Below are positions 32,901 to 49,046 of a stretch of DNA of 64,000 nt, one piece after another. A program made the translations under genes and the position numbers. Each line of letters begins with the position of its first letter. Positions within the stretch are counted from its first letter, which is position 1. Below the pieces are notes generated by a model. It worked only from the letters and a program-made list of their open reading frames with translations, was not told where the DNA came from and searched no databases. The DNA is from Eledone cirrhosa. Lineage: Eukaryota. The stretch is taken from the NCBI GenBank assembly GCA_964016885.1, contig CAXHJY010000001.1:186001-250000 (forward strand). The letters run 5' to 3'.

Positions 32901-35600
32901 TGTAACATAACCTCTATATTCATCTCCCATGTCTCACTACCATGTAACATAACCTCAACATTCATCACCCATGTCTCACTACCATAACATATCCTCCACA
33001 TTTATCACCCATGTCACACTACCATGTAACATAACCTCTACATTCTTCTCCCATGTCTCACTACCATGTAACATATCCTCCACATTCATCACCCATGTCT
33101 CACTACCATAACATAACCTCCACATTCATCACCCATGACTCACTACCATAACATAACCTCCACATTCATCACCCATGTCTCACCACCATAAGTTATCCTC
33201 CACATTCATCACCCATGTTACACTACCATGTAACATATCCTCCACATTAATCACACATGTCACACTACCATGTAACATATCCTCCACATTCATCACCCAT
33301 GTCTCACTACCATAACATAACCTCCACATTCATAACCCATGACTCACTACCATAACATATCCTCCACATTCATCACCCATGTCACACTACCATGTAACAT
33401 ATCCTCCACATTCATCACCCATGTCTCACTACCATAACATAACCTCCACATTCATCACCCATGTCACACTACCGTGTAACATATCCTCCACATTCATCAC
33501 CTATGTCACACTACCATGTAATATATCCTCCACATTCATCACCCATGTCTCACTACCATGTAACATATCCTCCACATTAATGACCCATGTCTCACTACCA
33601 TAACATAGCCTCCACATTCATCACCCATGTAACATATCATCCACATTCATCACCCATGTCTCACTACCATAACATAACCTCCACATTCATCACCCATGTC
33701 ACACTACCGTGTAACATATCCTCCACATTCATCACCTATGTCACACTACCATGTAATATATCCTACACTTTCATCACCCATGTCTCACTACCATGTAACA
33801 TATCCTCCACATTTGTCACCCATTTCTCACTACCATAACATATCTCCATATTCATCATCCATGTCACACTACCATGTAACATATACTCCACATTCATCAC
33901 CCATGTCACACTACCATGTCACATAACTTCCACATTCATCACCCATGTCTCACTACCATAACATATCCTTCACATTCATCACCCATGTCTCACTACCATA
34001 ACATAACCTCCACATTCATCACCCATGTCACACTACCATAACATATCTCCACATTCATCACCCATGTCACACTACCATGTAACATATCCTCCACATTCAT
34101 CACCCATGTCTCACTACCATAACATTACCTCCACATTCAACACCCATGTCACACTACCATAACATATCCTCCACATTCATCACCCATGTCACACTACCAT
34201 GTAACATATCCTCCACATTCATCACCCATGTCTCACTACCATAACATAACCTCCACATTCATCACCCATGTCACACTACCGTGTAACATAACCTCCACAT
34301 TCATCACCTATGTCACACTACCATGTAATATATCCTCCACATTCATCACCCATATCTCACTACCATGTAACATATCCTCCACAATAATGACGCATGTCTC
34401 ACTACCATAACATAGCCTCCACATTCATCACCATGTCTCACTACCATAACATAACCTCCACATTCATCACCCATGTCTCACTACCATAACATATCCTTCA
34501 AATTCATCACCCATGTCTCACTACCATAACATAACCTCCACATTCATCACCCATGTCACACTACCATAACATATCTCCACATTCATCACCCATGTAACAT
34601 ATCCTCCACATTCATTACCCATGTCTCACTACCATAACATAACCTCCACATTCATCACCCTTGTCACACTACCATAACATATCCTCCACATTCATCACCC
34701 ATGTCACACTACCATGTAACATCCTCCACATTCATCACCTATGTCACACTACCATGTAATATATCCTCCACATTCATCACCCATGTCACACTACCATGTA
34801 ACATATCTACACATTCATCACCCATGTCACACTACCATATCACATAACCTCCACATTCATCACCCATGTCTCACTACCATGTAACATAACCTCTACATTC
34901 ATCACCCATGTTTCACTACCATAACATATCCTCCACATTCATCACCCATGTCACACTACCATGTAACATAACCTCCACATTCATCACCCATGTCTCACTA
35001 CCACAACATATCCTCCACATTCATCACCCATGTCACACTACCATGTAACATATCCTCCACATTCATCACCCATGTCTCACTACCATAAAATAACCTCCAC
35101 ATATATCACCCATGTCACACTACCATGTAACATATCCTCCACATTCATCACACATATCACACTACCATGTCACATAACCTCCACATTCATCACCCCTGTC
35201 TCACTACCATGTAACATATCCTCCACATTAATCACCCATGTCACACTACCATGTAACATATCCTCCACATTCATCACCCATGTCTCACTACCATAACATA
35301 ACCTCCACATTCATCACCCATGACTCACTACCATAACATATCCTCCACATTAATCACCCATGTCACACTACCATGTAACATATCCTCCACATTCATCACC
35401 CATGTCTCACTACCATAACATAACCTCCACATTCATCACCCATGACTCACTACCATAACATATCCTCCACATTCACCACCCATGACTCACTACCATGTAA
35501 CATAACCTCAACATTCATCACCCATGTCTCACTACCATAACATATCCTCCACACTCATCACCCATGCCACACTACCATGTAACATAACCTCTACATTCAT
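24000..35600. repeat. Imperfect 2.4-3.2-kb higher-order repeat region
   Basis: Recurring ORF or variant blocks at offsets 2369 (24439/26808), 2407 (25383/27790), 3180 (26479/29659), 3022 (28361/31383), 2803 (31383/34186) and 2719 (32311/35030). Confidence 0.75.
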
Positions 35601-35960
35601 CACCCATGTCACACTACCATGTAACATATCCTCCACATTCATCACCCATGTCTCACTACCATAACATAACCTCCACATTCATCACCCATGACTCACTACC
35701 ATAACATATCCTCCACATTAATCACCCATGTCACACTACCATGTAACATATCCTCCACATTCATCACCCATGTCTCACTACCATAACATAACCTCCACAT
35801 TCATCACCCATGACTCACTACCATAACATATCCTCCACATTCACCACCCATGACTCACTACCATGTAACATAACCTCAACATTCATCACCCATGTCTCAC
35901 TACCATAACATATCCTCCACACTCATCACCCATGTCACACTACCATGTCACATAACCTCC
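35230..35960. repeat. 368-bp tandem duplication
   Basis: tgactc at 35321/35689 and attcaccacc at 35471/35839. The variants cctcaac and acactcatc also repeat at offset 368. Confidence 0.8.
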
Positions 35961-38900
35961 ACATTCATCACCCATGTCTCACTACCATAACATATCCTCC
36001 ACATTCATCACCCATGTCTCACTACCATGTAACATAACCTCCACATTCATCATCCATATCACATTACCATGTAACGTAACCTCCACATTCATCACCCATA
36101 TCTCACTACCATAACATATCCTCCACATTCATCACCAATGTCTCACTACCATGTAACATATCCTCCACATTAATCACCCATGTCACACTACCATGTAACA
36201 TAACCTCCACATTAATCACCTATGTCTCACTACCATGTAACATAACCTCCACATTCATCACCCCTGTCTCACTACCATGTAACATAACCTCCACATTCAT
36301 CACCCATGTCTCACTACCATGTAACATAACCTCCACATTCATCACCCATGTCTCACTACCATAACATATCCTCCACATTCATCACCTATGTCACACTACC
36401 ATGTAACATATCCTCCACATTCATCACCCATGTCACATTACCATGTAACATAACCTCCACATTCATCACCCATGTCTCACTACCATAACATAACCTCCAC
36501 ATTCATCACCCATGTCTCACTACCATAACATATCCTCTACATTCATCATACATGTTACACTACCATGTAACATATCCTCTACATTAATCACCCATGTCTC
36601 ACTACCATAACATATCCTCCATATTCATCACCCACGTCTCACTACAATAACATATCCTCTACATTCATCACCCATGTCACACTACCATGTAACAACCTAC
36701 ACATTCATCTCCCATGTAACATAACGTCCACATTCATCACCCATGACTCACTACCATAACATATCCTCCACATTCATCACCCATGTCACACTACCATGTA
36801 ACATATCCTCCACATTCATCACCCATGTCTCACTACCATAACATATCCTCCACATTAATCTCCATATCTACACATTCATCATCCATGCCACACTACCATG
36901 TAACATATCCTCCACATTCATCACCCATATCTCACTACCATGTCTCACTACCAGAACATATCCTCCACATTCGTCACCCATGTCACACTAGCATGTAACA
37001 TAACCTCCACATTCATCACCCATGTCTAACTACCATAACATATCCTCCACATTCATCACCCATGTCTCACTACCATGTAACATAACCTCCACATTCATCA
37101 CCCATGACTCACTACCATGTAATATATCCTCCACATTCATCACCCATGTCACACTACCATGTAACATATCCTCCACATTCATCACCCATGTCTCACTACC
37201 ATAACATAACCTCCACATTCATCACCCATGTCACACTACCGTGTAAGATCTCCTCCACATTCATCACCTATGTCACACTACCATGTAATATATCCTCCAC
37301 ATTCATCACCCATGTCTCACTACCATGTAACATATCCTCCACATTCATCACCCATGTCACACTACCATGTCACATAACCTCCACATTCATCACCCATGTC
37401 TCACTACCATAACATACCCTTCACATTCATCACCCATGTCTCACTACCATAACATAACCTCCACATTCATCACCCATGTCTCACTACCATAACATATCCT
37501 TCACATTCATCACCCATGCCTCACTACCATAACATAACCTCCACATTCATCACCCATGTCACACTACCATAACATATCTCCACATTCATCACCCATGTCA
37601 CACTACCATGTAACATATCCTTCACATTCATCACCCATGTCACACTACCATGTAACATATCCTCCACATTCATCACCCATGTCACACGACCATGTAACAT
37701 ATCCTCCACATTCATCACCTATGTCACACTACCATGTAATATATCCTCCACATTCATCACCCATGTCTCACTAACATGTAACATATCCTCCACATTCATC
37801 ACCCATGTCACACTACTATGTAACATATCCTCCACATTCATCACCTATGTCTCACTAACATAACATAACCTCCACATTCATCACCCATGTCACACTACCG
37901 TGTAACATATCCTCCACATTCATCACCTATGTCACACTACCATGTAATATATCCTCCACATTCATCACCCATGTCTCACTACCATGTAACATATCCTCCA
38001 CATTCATCACCCATGTCACACTACCATGTAACATATCTACACATTCATCACCCATGTCACATTCCCATATCACATAACCTCCACATTCATCACCCATGTC
38101 TCACTACCATGTAACATAACCTCTTCATTCATCACCCATGTCTCACTACCATAACATAACCTCCACATTCATGACCCATGTCTCACTACCATGTAACATA
38201 TCCTCCACATTCATCACCCATGTCTCACTACCATGTAACATAACCTCCACATTCATCACCCATGTCTCACTACCATAACATAACCTCCACATTCATCACG
38301 CAAGTCTCACTACCAGAACATATCCTCCACATTCGTCACCCATGTCTCACTACCATAACATATCTCCACATTCATCATCCATGTCACACTATCATGTAAC
38401 ATATCCTCCACATTCATCACCCATGTCTCACTACCATAACATATTCTTCACATTCATCACCCATGTCTCACTACCATAACATAACCTCCACATTCATCAC
38501 CCATGTCACACTACCATAACATATCCTCCACATTCATCACCCATGTCACACTACCATGTAACATATCCTCCACATTCATCACCCATGTCACACTACTATG
38601 TAACATATCCTCCACATTCATCACCCATGTCTCACTACCATAACATAACCTCCACATTCATCACCCATGTCACACTACTGTGTAACATATCCTCCACATT
38701 CATCACCTATGTCACACTACCATGTAATATATCCTCCACATTCATCACCCATGTCTCACTACCATGTAACGTATCCTCCACATTAATGACCCATGTCTCA
38801 CTACCATAACATAGCCTCCACATTCATCACCATGTCTCACTACCATAACATAACCTCCACATTCATCACCCATGTCTCAATACCATAACATATCCTTCAC

Positions 38901-40253
38901 ATTCATCAACCATGTATCACTACCATAACATAACCTCCACATTCATCACCCTTGTCACACTACCATAACATATCCTTCACATTCATCACCCATGTCACAC
39001 TACCATGTAACATATCCTCCACATTCATCACCCATGTCTCACTACCATAACATAACCTCCACGTTCATCACCCATGTCACACTACGTGTAACATATCCTC
39101 CACATTCATCACCTATGTCACACTACCATGTAATATATCCTCCACATTCATCACCCATGTCACACTACCATGTAACACATCCTCCACATTCATCACCCAT
39201 GTCTCACTACCATAACATAACCTCCACATTCATCACCCATGTCACACTGCTGTGTAAGATCTCCTCCACATTCATCACCTATGTCACACTACCATGTAAT
39301 ATATCCTCCACATTCATCACCCATGTCTCACTACCATGTAACATATCCTCCACATTCATCACCCATGTCACACTACCATGTCACATAACCTCCACATTCA
39401 TCACCCATGTCTCACTACCATAACATATCCTTCACATTCATCACCCATGTCTCACTACCATAACATAACCTCCACATTCATCACCCATGTCACACTGCCG
39501 TGTAAGATCTCCTCCACATTCATCACCCATGTCACACTACCATGTCACATAACCTCCACATTCATCACCCATGTCTCACTACCATAACATATCCTTCACA
39601 TTCATCACCCATGTCTCACTACCATAACATAACCTCCACATTCATCACCCATGTCACACTACCATAACATATCCTCCACATTCATCACCCATGTCACACT
39701 ACCATGTAACATATCCTCCACATTCATCACCCATGTCTCACTACCATAACATAACCTCCACATTCATCACCCATGTCACACTACCGTGTAACATATCCTC
39801 CACATTCATCACCTATGTCACACTACCATGTAATATATCCTACACTTTCATCACCCATGTTTCACTACCATGTGACATATCCTCCACATTCGTCACCCAT
39901 GTCTCACTACCATAACATATCTCCACATTCATCATCCATGTCACACTACCATGTAACAGATACTCCACATTCATCACCCATGTCACACTACCATGTCACA
40001 TAACCTCCACATTCATCACCCATGTCTCACTACCATAACATATCCTTCACATTCATCACCCATGTCTCACTACCATAACATATCCTCCACATCCATCACC
40101 CATGTCTCACTACCATGTAACATAACCTCCACATTCATCACCCATGTCTCACTACCATAACATAACCTCCACATTCATCACCCATGTCACACTACCATGT
40201 AACATATCCTCCACATTCATCACCTATGTCACACTACCATGTAATAGATCGTC

Positions 40254-41020
40254 CACATTCATCACCCATGTCTCACTACCATGTAACATATCCTCCACAT
40301 TCAGCACCCATGTCACATAACCTCCACATTCATCACCCATGTCTCACTACCATAACAGATCCTTCACATTCATCACCCATGTCTCACTACCATAACATAA
40401 CCTCCACATTCATCACCCATGTCACACTACCATAACATATCTCCACATTCATCACCCATGTCACACTACCATGTAACATATCCTCCACATTCATCACCCA
40501 TGTCACACTACCATGTAACAAATCCTCCACATTCATCACCCATGTCACACTACCATAACATAACCTCCACATTCATCACCCATGTCACACTACCATAACA
40601 TATCCTCCACATTCATCACCCATGTCACACTACCATGTAACATATCCTCCACATTCATCACCCATGTCTCACTACCATGTAACATATCCTCCACATTCAG
40701 CACCCATGTCACATAACCTCCACATTCATCACCCATGTCTCACTACCATAACAGATCCTTCACATTCATCACCCATGTCTCACTACCATAACATAACCTC
40801 CACATTCATCACCCATGTCACACTACCATAACATATCTCCACATTCATCACCCATGTCACACTACCATGTAACATATCCTCCACATTCATCACCCATGTC
40901 ACACTACCATGTAACAAATCCTCCACATTCATCACCCATGTCACACTACCATAACATAACCTCCACATTCATCACCCATGTCACACTACCATAACATATC
41001 CTCCACATTCATCACCCATG
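40254..41020. repeat. 396-bp tandem duplication
   Basis: tcagcaccc at 40301/40697. The variants aacagatcctt and aacaaatcc are repeated, and identical minus-strand ORFs lie at 40387 and 40783. Confidence 0.85.
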
Positions 41021-42354
41021 TCACACTACCCTGTAACATATCCTCCACATTCATCACCTATGTCACACTACCATGTAATATATCCTACACTTTCATCACC
41101 CATGTCTCACTACCATGTAACATATCCTCCACATTCGTCACCCATGTCTCACTACCATAACATATCTCCACATTCATCATCCATGTCACGCTACCATGTA
41201 ACATATCCTCCACATTCATCACCCATGTCACATAATCTCCACATTCATCACCCATGTCTCACTACCATAACATATCCTTCACATTCATCACCCATGTCTC
41301 ACTACCATAACATATCCTTCACATTCATCACCCATGACTCACTACCATAACATAACCTCCACATTCATCACCCATGTCACACTACCATAACATATCATCC
41401 ACATTCATCACCCATGTCACACTACCATGTAACATATCCTCCACATTCATCACCCATGTCACACTACCATGTAACATATCCTCCACATTCATCACCCATG
41501 TCTCACTACGATAACATAACCTCCACATTCATCACCCATGTCACACTACCATAACATATCCTCCACATTCATCACCCATGTCACACTACTATGTAACATA
41601 TCCTCCACATTCATCACCCATGTCTCACTACCATAACATAACCTCCACATTCATCACCCATGTCACACTACCATGTAATATATCCTCCACATTCATCACC
41701 CATGTCTCACTACCATGCAACATATCCTCCACATTCATCACCCATGTCACTCTACCATGTAACATATCTAAACGTTCATCACCCATGTCACACTACCATA
41801 TCACAAAACCTCCACATTCATCACCTATGTCACACTAACATCTAATATATCCTACACTTTCATCACTCATGTCTCACTACCATGTAACATATCCTCCACA
41901 TTCGTCACCCATGTCTCACTACCATAACATATCTCCACATTCATCATCCATGTCACACTACCATGTAACATATCCTCCACATTCATCACCCATGTCACAC
42001 TACCATGTAACATATTCTCCACATTCATCACCTATGTCTCACTACCATAACATATCCTCCACATTCATCACCCATGTCACACTACCATGTAACATATCCT
42101 CCACATTCATCACCTATGTCACACTACCATGTAATATATCCTCCACATTCATCACCCATATCTCACTACCATGTAACATATCCTCCACATTCATCACCCA
42201 TGTCACACTACCATGTCACATAACCTCCACATTCATCACGCATGTCTCACTACCATAACATATCCTTCACATTCATCACCCATGTCTCACTACCATAACA
42301 TAACCTCCACATTCATCACCCATGTCGCACTACCATAACATATCTCCACATTCA

Positions 42355-45300
42355 TCACCCATGTCACACTACCATGTAACATATCCTCCACATACATCAC
42401 CCATGTCACACTACCATGTAACATATCCTCCACATTCATCACCCATGTCACACTACCATAACATATCCTCCACATTCATCACCCATGTCACACTACCATG
42501 TAACATATCCTCCACATTCATCACCCATGTCTCACTACCATGACATAACCTCCACATTCATCACCCATGTCTCACTACCATAACATAACCTCCACATTCA
42601 TCACCCATGTCACACTACCGTGTAACATATCCTCCACATTCATCACCTATGTCACACTACCATGTAATATATCCTACACTTTCATCACCCATGTCTCACT
42701 ACCATGTAACATATCCTCCACATTCGTCACCCATGTCTCACTACCATAACATATCTCCACATTCATCATCCATGTCACACTACCACGTAACATATCCTCC
42801 ACATTCATCACCCATGTCACACTACCATGTAATATATCCTACACTTTCATCACCCATGTCTCACTACCATGTAACATATCCTCCACATTTATCACCCATG
42901 TCTCACTACCATAACATATCCTCCACATTCATCACCCATGTCTCACTACCATAACATAACCTCCACATTCATCACCTATGTCACACAACCGTGTAACATA
43001 TCCTCCACATTCATCACCTATGTCACACTACCATGTAATATATCCTCCACATTCATCACCCATGTCTCACTACCATGTAACATATCTTCCACATTAATGA
43101 CCCATGTCTCACTACCATAACATAGCCTCCACATTCATCACCATGTCTCACTACCATAACATAACCTCCACATTCATCACCCATGTCTCACTACCATAAC
43201 ATATCCTTCACATTCATCACCCATGCCTCACTACCATAACATAACCTCCACATTCATCACCCATGTCACACTACCATAACATATCTCCACATTCATCACC
43301 CATGTCACACTACCATGTAACATATCCTTCACATTCATCACCCATGTCACACTACCATGTAACATATCCTCCACATTCATCACCCATGTCACACTACCGT
43401 GTAACATATCCTCCACATTCATCACCTATGTCACACTACCATGTAATATATCCTCCACATTCATCACCCATGTCTCACTAACATGTAACATATCCTCCAC
43501 ATTCATCACCCATGTCACACTACTATGTAACATATCCTCCACATTCATCACCCATGTCTCACTAACATAAAATAACCTCCACATTCATCACCCATGTCAC
43601 ACTACCGTGTAACATATCCTCCACATTCATCACCTATGTCACACTACCATGTAATATATCCTCCACATTCATCACCCATGTCTCACTACCATGTAACATA
43701 TCCTCCACATTCATCACCCATGTCACACTACCATGTAACATATCTACACATTCATCACCCATGTCACACTCCCATATCACATAACCTCCACATTCATCAC
43801 CCATGTCTCACTACCATGTAACATAACCTCTTCATTCATCACCCATGTCTCACTACCATAACATAACCTCCACATTCATGACCCGTGTCTCACTACCATG
43901 TAACATATCCTCCACATCCATCACCCATGTCTCACTACCATGTAACATAACCTCCACATTCATCACCCATGTCTCACTACCATAACATAACCTGCACATT
44001 CATCACGCATGTCTCACTACCAGAACATATCCTCCACATTCGTCACCCATGTCTCACTACCATGTAACATATCCTCCACATTCATCACCCATGTCTCACT
44101 ACCATAACATATCCTTCACATTCATCACCCATGTCTCACTACCATAACATAACCTCCACATTCATCACCCATGTCAAACTACCATGTAACATATCCTCCA
44201 CATTCATCACCCATGTCTCACTACCATAACATAACCTCCACATTCATCACCCATGTCACACTACCATAACATATCCTCCACATTCATCACCCATGTCACA
44301 CTACCATGTAACATATCCTCCACATTCATCATCTATGTCACACTACCATGTAACATAACCTCCACATTCATCACCCATGTCTCACTACCATAACATAACC
44401 TCCACATTCATCACCCATGTCACACTACCATAACATATCTCCACATTCATCACCCATGTAACATATCCTCCACATTCATCACCCATGTCTCACTACCATA
44501 ACATAACCTCCACATTCATCACCCTTGTCACACTACCATAACATATCCTTCACATTCATCACCCATGTCACACTACCATGTAACATATCCTCCGCATTCA
44601 TCACCCATGTCTCACTACCATAACATAACCTCCACATTCATCACCCATGTCACACTACCGTGTAAGATCTCCTCCACATTCATCACCTATGTCACACTAC
44701 CATGTAATATATCCTCCACATTCATCACCCATGTCTCACTACCATGTAACATATCCTCCACATTCATCACCCATGTCACACTACCAAGTCACATAACCTC
44801 CACATTCATCACACATGTCTCACTACCATAACATATCCTTCACATTCATCACCCATGTCTCACTACCATAACATAGCCTCCACATTCATCACCATGTCTC
44901 ACTACCATAACATAACCTCCACATTCATCACCCATGTCACACTACCATAACATATCTCCACATTCATCACCCATGTCACACTACCATGTAACATATCCTT
45001 CACATTCATCACCCATGTCACACTACCATGTAACATATCCTCCACATTCATCACCCATGTCACACTACCGTGTAACATATCCTCCACATTCATCACCTAT
45101 GTCACACTACCATGTAATATATCCTCCACATTCATCACCCATGTCTCACTAACATGTAACATATCCTCCACATTCATCACCCATGTCACACTACTATGTA
45201 ACATATCCTCCACATTCATCACCCATGTCTCACTAACATAACATAACCTCCACATTCATCACCCATGTCACACTACCGTGTAACATATCCTCCACATTCA

Positions 45301-48300
45301 TCACCTATGTCACACTACCATGTAATATATCCTCCACATTCATCACCCATGTCTCACTACCATGTAACATATCCTCCACATTCATCACCCATGTCACACT
45401 ACCATGTAACATATCTACACATTCATCACCCATGTCACATAACCTCCACATTCATCACCCATGTCTCACTACCATGTAACATAACCTCTTCATTCATCAC
45501 CCATGTCTCACTACCATAACATAACCTCCACATTCATGACCCATGTCTCACTACCATGTAACATATCCTCCACATTCATCACCCATGTCTCACTACCATG
45601 TAACATAACCTCCACATTCATCACCCATGTCTCACTACCATAACATAACCTCCACATTCATCACGCATGTCTCACTACCAGAACATATCCTCCACATTCG
45701 TCACCCATGTCACACTACCATGTAACATATCCTCCACATACATCACCCATGTCACACTACCATGTAACATATCCTCCACATTCATCACCCATGTCACACT
45801 ACCATAACATATCCTCCACATTCATCACCCATGTCACACTACCATGTAACATATCCTCCACATTCATCACCCATGTCTCACTACCATGACATAACCTCCA
45901 CATTCATCACCCATGTCTCACTACCATAACATAACCTCCACATTCATCACCCATGTCACACTACCGTGTAACATATCCTCCACATTCATCACCTATGTCA
46001 CACTACCATGTAATATATCCTACACTTTCATCACCCATGTCTCACTACCATGTAACATATCCTCCACATTCGTCACCCATGTCTCACTACCATAACATAT
46101 CTCCACATTCATCATCCATGTCACACTACCACGTAACATATCCTCCACATTCATCACCCATGTCACACTACCATGTAATATATCCTACACTTTCATCACC
46201 CATGTCTCACTACCATGTAACATATCCTCCACATTTATCACCCATGTCTCACTACCATAACATATCCTCCACATTCATCACCCATGTCTCACTACCATAA
46301 CATAACCTCCACATTCATCACCTATGTCACACAACCGTGTAACATATCCTCCACATTCATCACCTATGTCACACTACCATGTAATATATCCTCCACATTC
46401 ATCACCCATGTCTCACTACCATGTAACATATCTTCCACATTAATGACCCATGTCTCACTACCATAACATAGCCTCCACATTCATCACCATGTCTCACTAC
46501 CATAACATAACCTCCACATTCATCACCCATGTCTCACTACCATAACATATCCTTCACATTCATCACCCATGCCTCACTACCATAACATAACCTCCACATT
46601 CATCACCCATGTCACACTACCATAACATATCTCCACATTCATCACCCATGTCACACTACCATGTAACATATCCTTCACATTCATCACCCATGTCACACTA
46701 CCATGTAACATATCCTCCACATTCATCACCCATGTCACACTACCGTGTAACATATCCTCCACATTCATCACCTATGTCACACTACCATGTAATATATCCT
46801 CCACATTCATCACCCATGTCTCACTAACATGTAACATATCCTCCACATTCATCACCCATGTCACACTACTATGTAACATATCCTCCACATTCATCACCCA
46901 TGTCTCACTAACATAAAATAACCTCCACATTCATCACCCATGTCACACTACCGTGTAACATATCCTCCACATTCATCACCTATGTCACACTACCATGTAA
47001 TATATCCTCCACATTCATCACCCATGTCTCACTACCATGTAACATATCCTCCACATTCATCACCCATGTCACACTACCATGTAACATATCTACACATTCA
47101 TCACCCATGTCACACTCCCATATCACATAACCTCCACATTCATCACCCATGTCTCACTACCATGTAACATAACCTCTTCATTCATCACCCATGTCTCACT
47201 ACCATAACATAACCTCCACATTCATGACCCGTGTCTCACTACCATGTAACATATCCTCCACATCCATCACCCATGTCTCACTACCATGTAACATAACCTC
47301 CACATTCATCACCCATGTCTCACTACCATAACATAACCTGCACATTCATCACGCATGTCTCACTACCAGAACATATCCTCCACATTCGTCACCCATGTCT
47401 CACTACCATGTAACATATCCTCCACATTCATCACCCATGTCTCACTACCATAACATATCCTTCACATTCATCACCCATGTCTCACTACCATAACATAACC
47501 TCCACATTCATCACCCATGTCAAACTACCATGTAACATATCCTCCACATTCATCACCCATGTCTCACTACCATAACATAACCTCCACATTCATCACCCAT
47601 GTCACACTACCATAACATATCCTCCACATTCATCACCCATGTCACACTACCATGTAACATATCCTCCACATTCATCATCTATGTCACACTACCATGTAAC
47701 ATAACCTCCACATTCATCACCCATGTCTCACTACCATAACATAACCTCCACATTCATCACCCATGTCACACTACCATAACATATCTCCACATTCATCACC
47801 CATGTAACATATCCTCCACATTCATCACCCATGTCTCACTACCATAACATAACCTCCACATTCATCACCCTTGTCACACTACCATAACATATCCTTCACA
47901 TTCATCACCCATGTCACACTACCATGTAACATATCCTCCGCATTCATCACCCATGTCTCACTACCATAACATAACCTCCACATTCATCACCCATGTCACA
48001 CTACCGTGTAAGATCTCCTCCACATTCATCACCTATGTCACACTACCATGTAATATATCCTCCACATTCATCACCCATGTCTCACTACCATGTAACATAT
48101 CCTCCACATTCATCACCCATGTCACACTACCAAGTCACATAACCTCCACATTCATCACACATGTCTCACTACCATAACATATCCTTCACATTCATCACCC
48201 ATGTCTCACTACCATAACATAGCCTCCACATTCATCACCATGTCTCACTACCATAACATAACCTCCACATTCATCACCCATGTCACACTACCATAACATA

Positions 48301-49046
48301 TCTCCACATTCATCACCCATGTCACACTACCATGTAACATATCCTTCACATTCATCACCCATGTCACACTACCATGTAACATATCCTCCACATTCATCAC
48401 CCATGTCACACTACCGTGTAACATATCCTCCACATTCATCACCTATGTCACACTACCATGTAATATATCCTCCACATTCATCACCCATGTCTCACTAACA
48501 TGTAACATATCCTCCACATTCATCACCCATGTCACACTACTATGTAACATATCCTCCACATTCATCACCCATGTCTCACTAACATAACATAACCTCCACA
48601 TTCATCACCCATGTCACACTACCGTGTAACATATCCTCCACATTCATCACCTATGTCACACTACCATGTAATATATCCTCCACATTCATCACCCATGTCT
48701 CACTACCATGTAACATATCCTCCACATTCATCACCCATGTCACACTACCATGTAACATATCTACACATTCATCACCCATGTCACATAACCTCCACATTCA
48801 TCACCCATGTCTCACTACCATGTAACATAACCTCTTCATTCATCACCCATGTCTCACTACCATAACATAACCTCCACATTCATGACCCATGTCTCACTAC
48901 CATGTAACATATCCTCCACATTCATCACCCATGTCTCACTACCATGTAACATAACCTCCACATTCATCACCCATGTCTCACTACCATAACATAACCTCCA
49001 CATTCATCACGCATGTCTCACTACCAGAACATATCCTCCACATTCG
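42355..49046. repeat. Apparently perfect 3346-bp tandem duplication (42355-45700 and 45701-49046)
   Basis: ORF pairs from 42567/45913 to 45265/48611 all have offset 3346. Spot-checked private variants (ccatgacataa, aacataaaataa, acatccatc, catctatgtc, ccaagtcac) are present in both copies. Confidence 0.95.

Larger units (their letters stand above)
13380..45700. repeat. Long-range direct duplication: about 13380-22980 matches about 36007-45700 (offset ~22.6-23.1 kb)
   Basis: Colinear ORF pairs: 14156/36783 (offset 22627), 15299/37887 (22588), 17104/39691 (22587), 18251/41018, 19706/42607, 20450/43594, 21828/44565 (22737). Rare variants occur in the same order (gtaacgt, aatagatcgtcc, ctacgataac, actaacatctaat). 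Confidence 0.9.
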
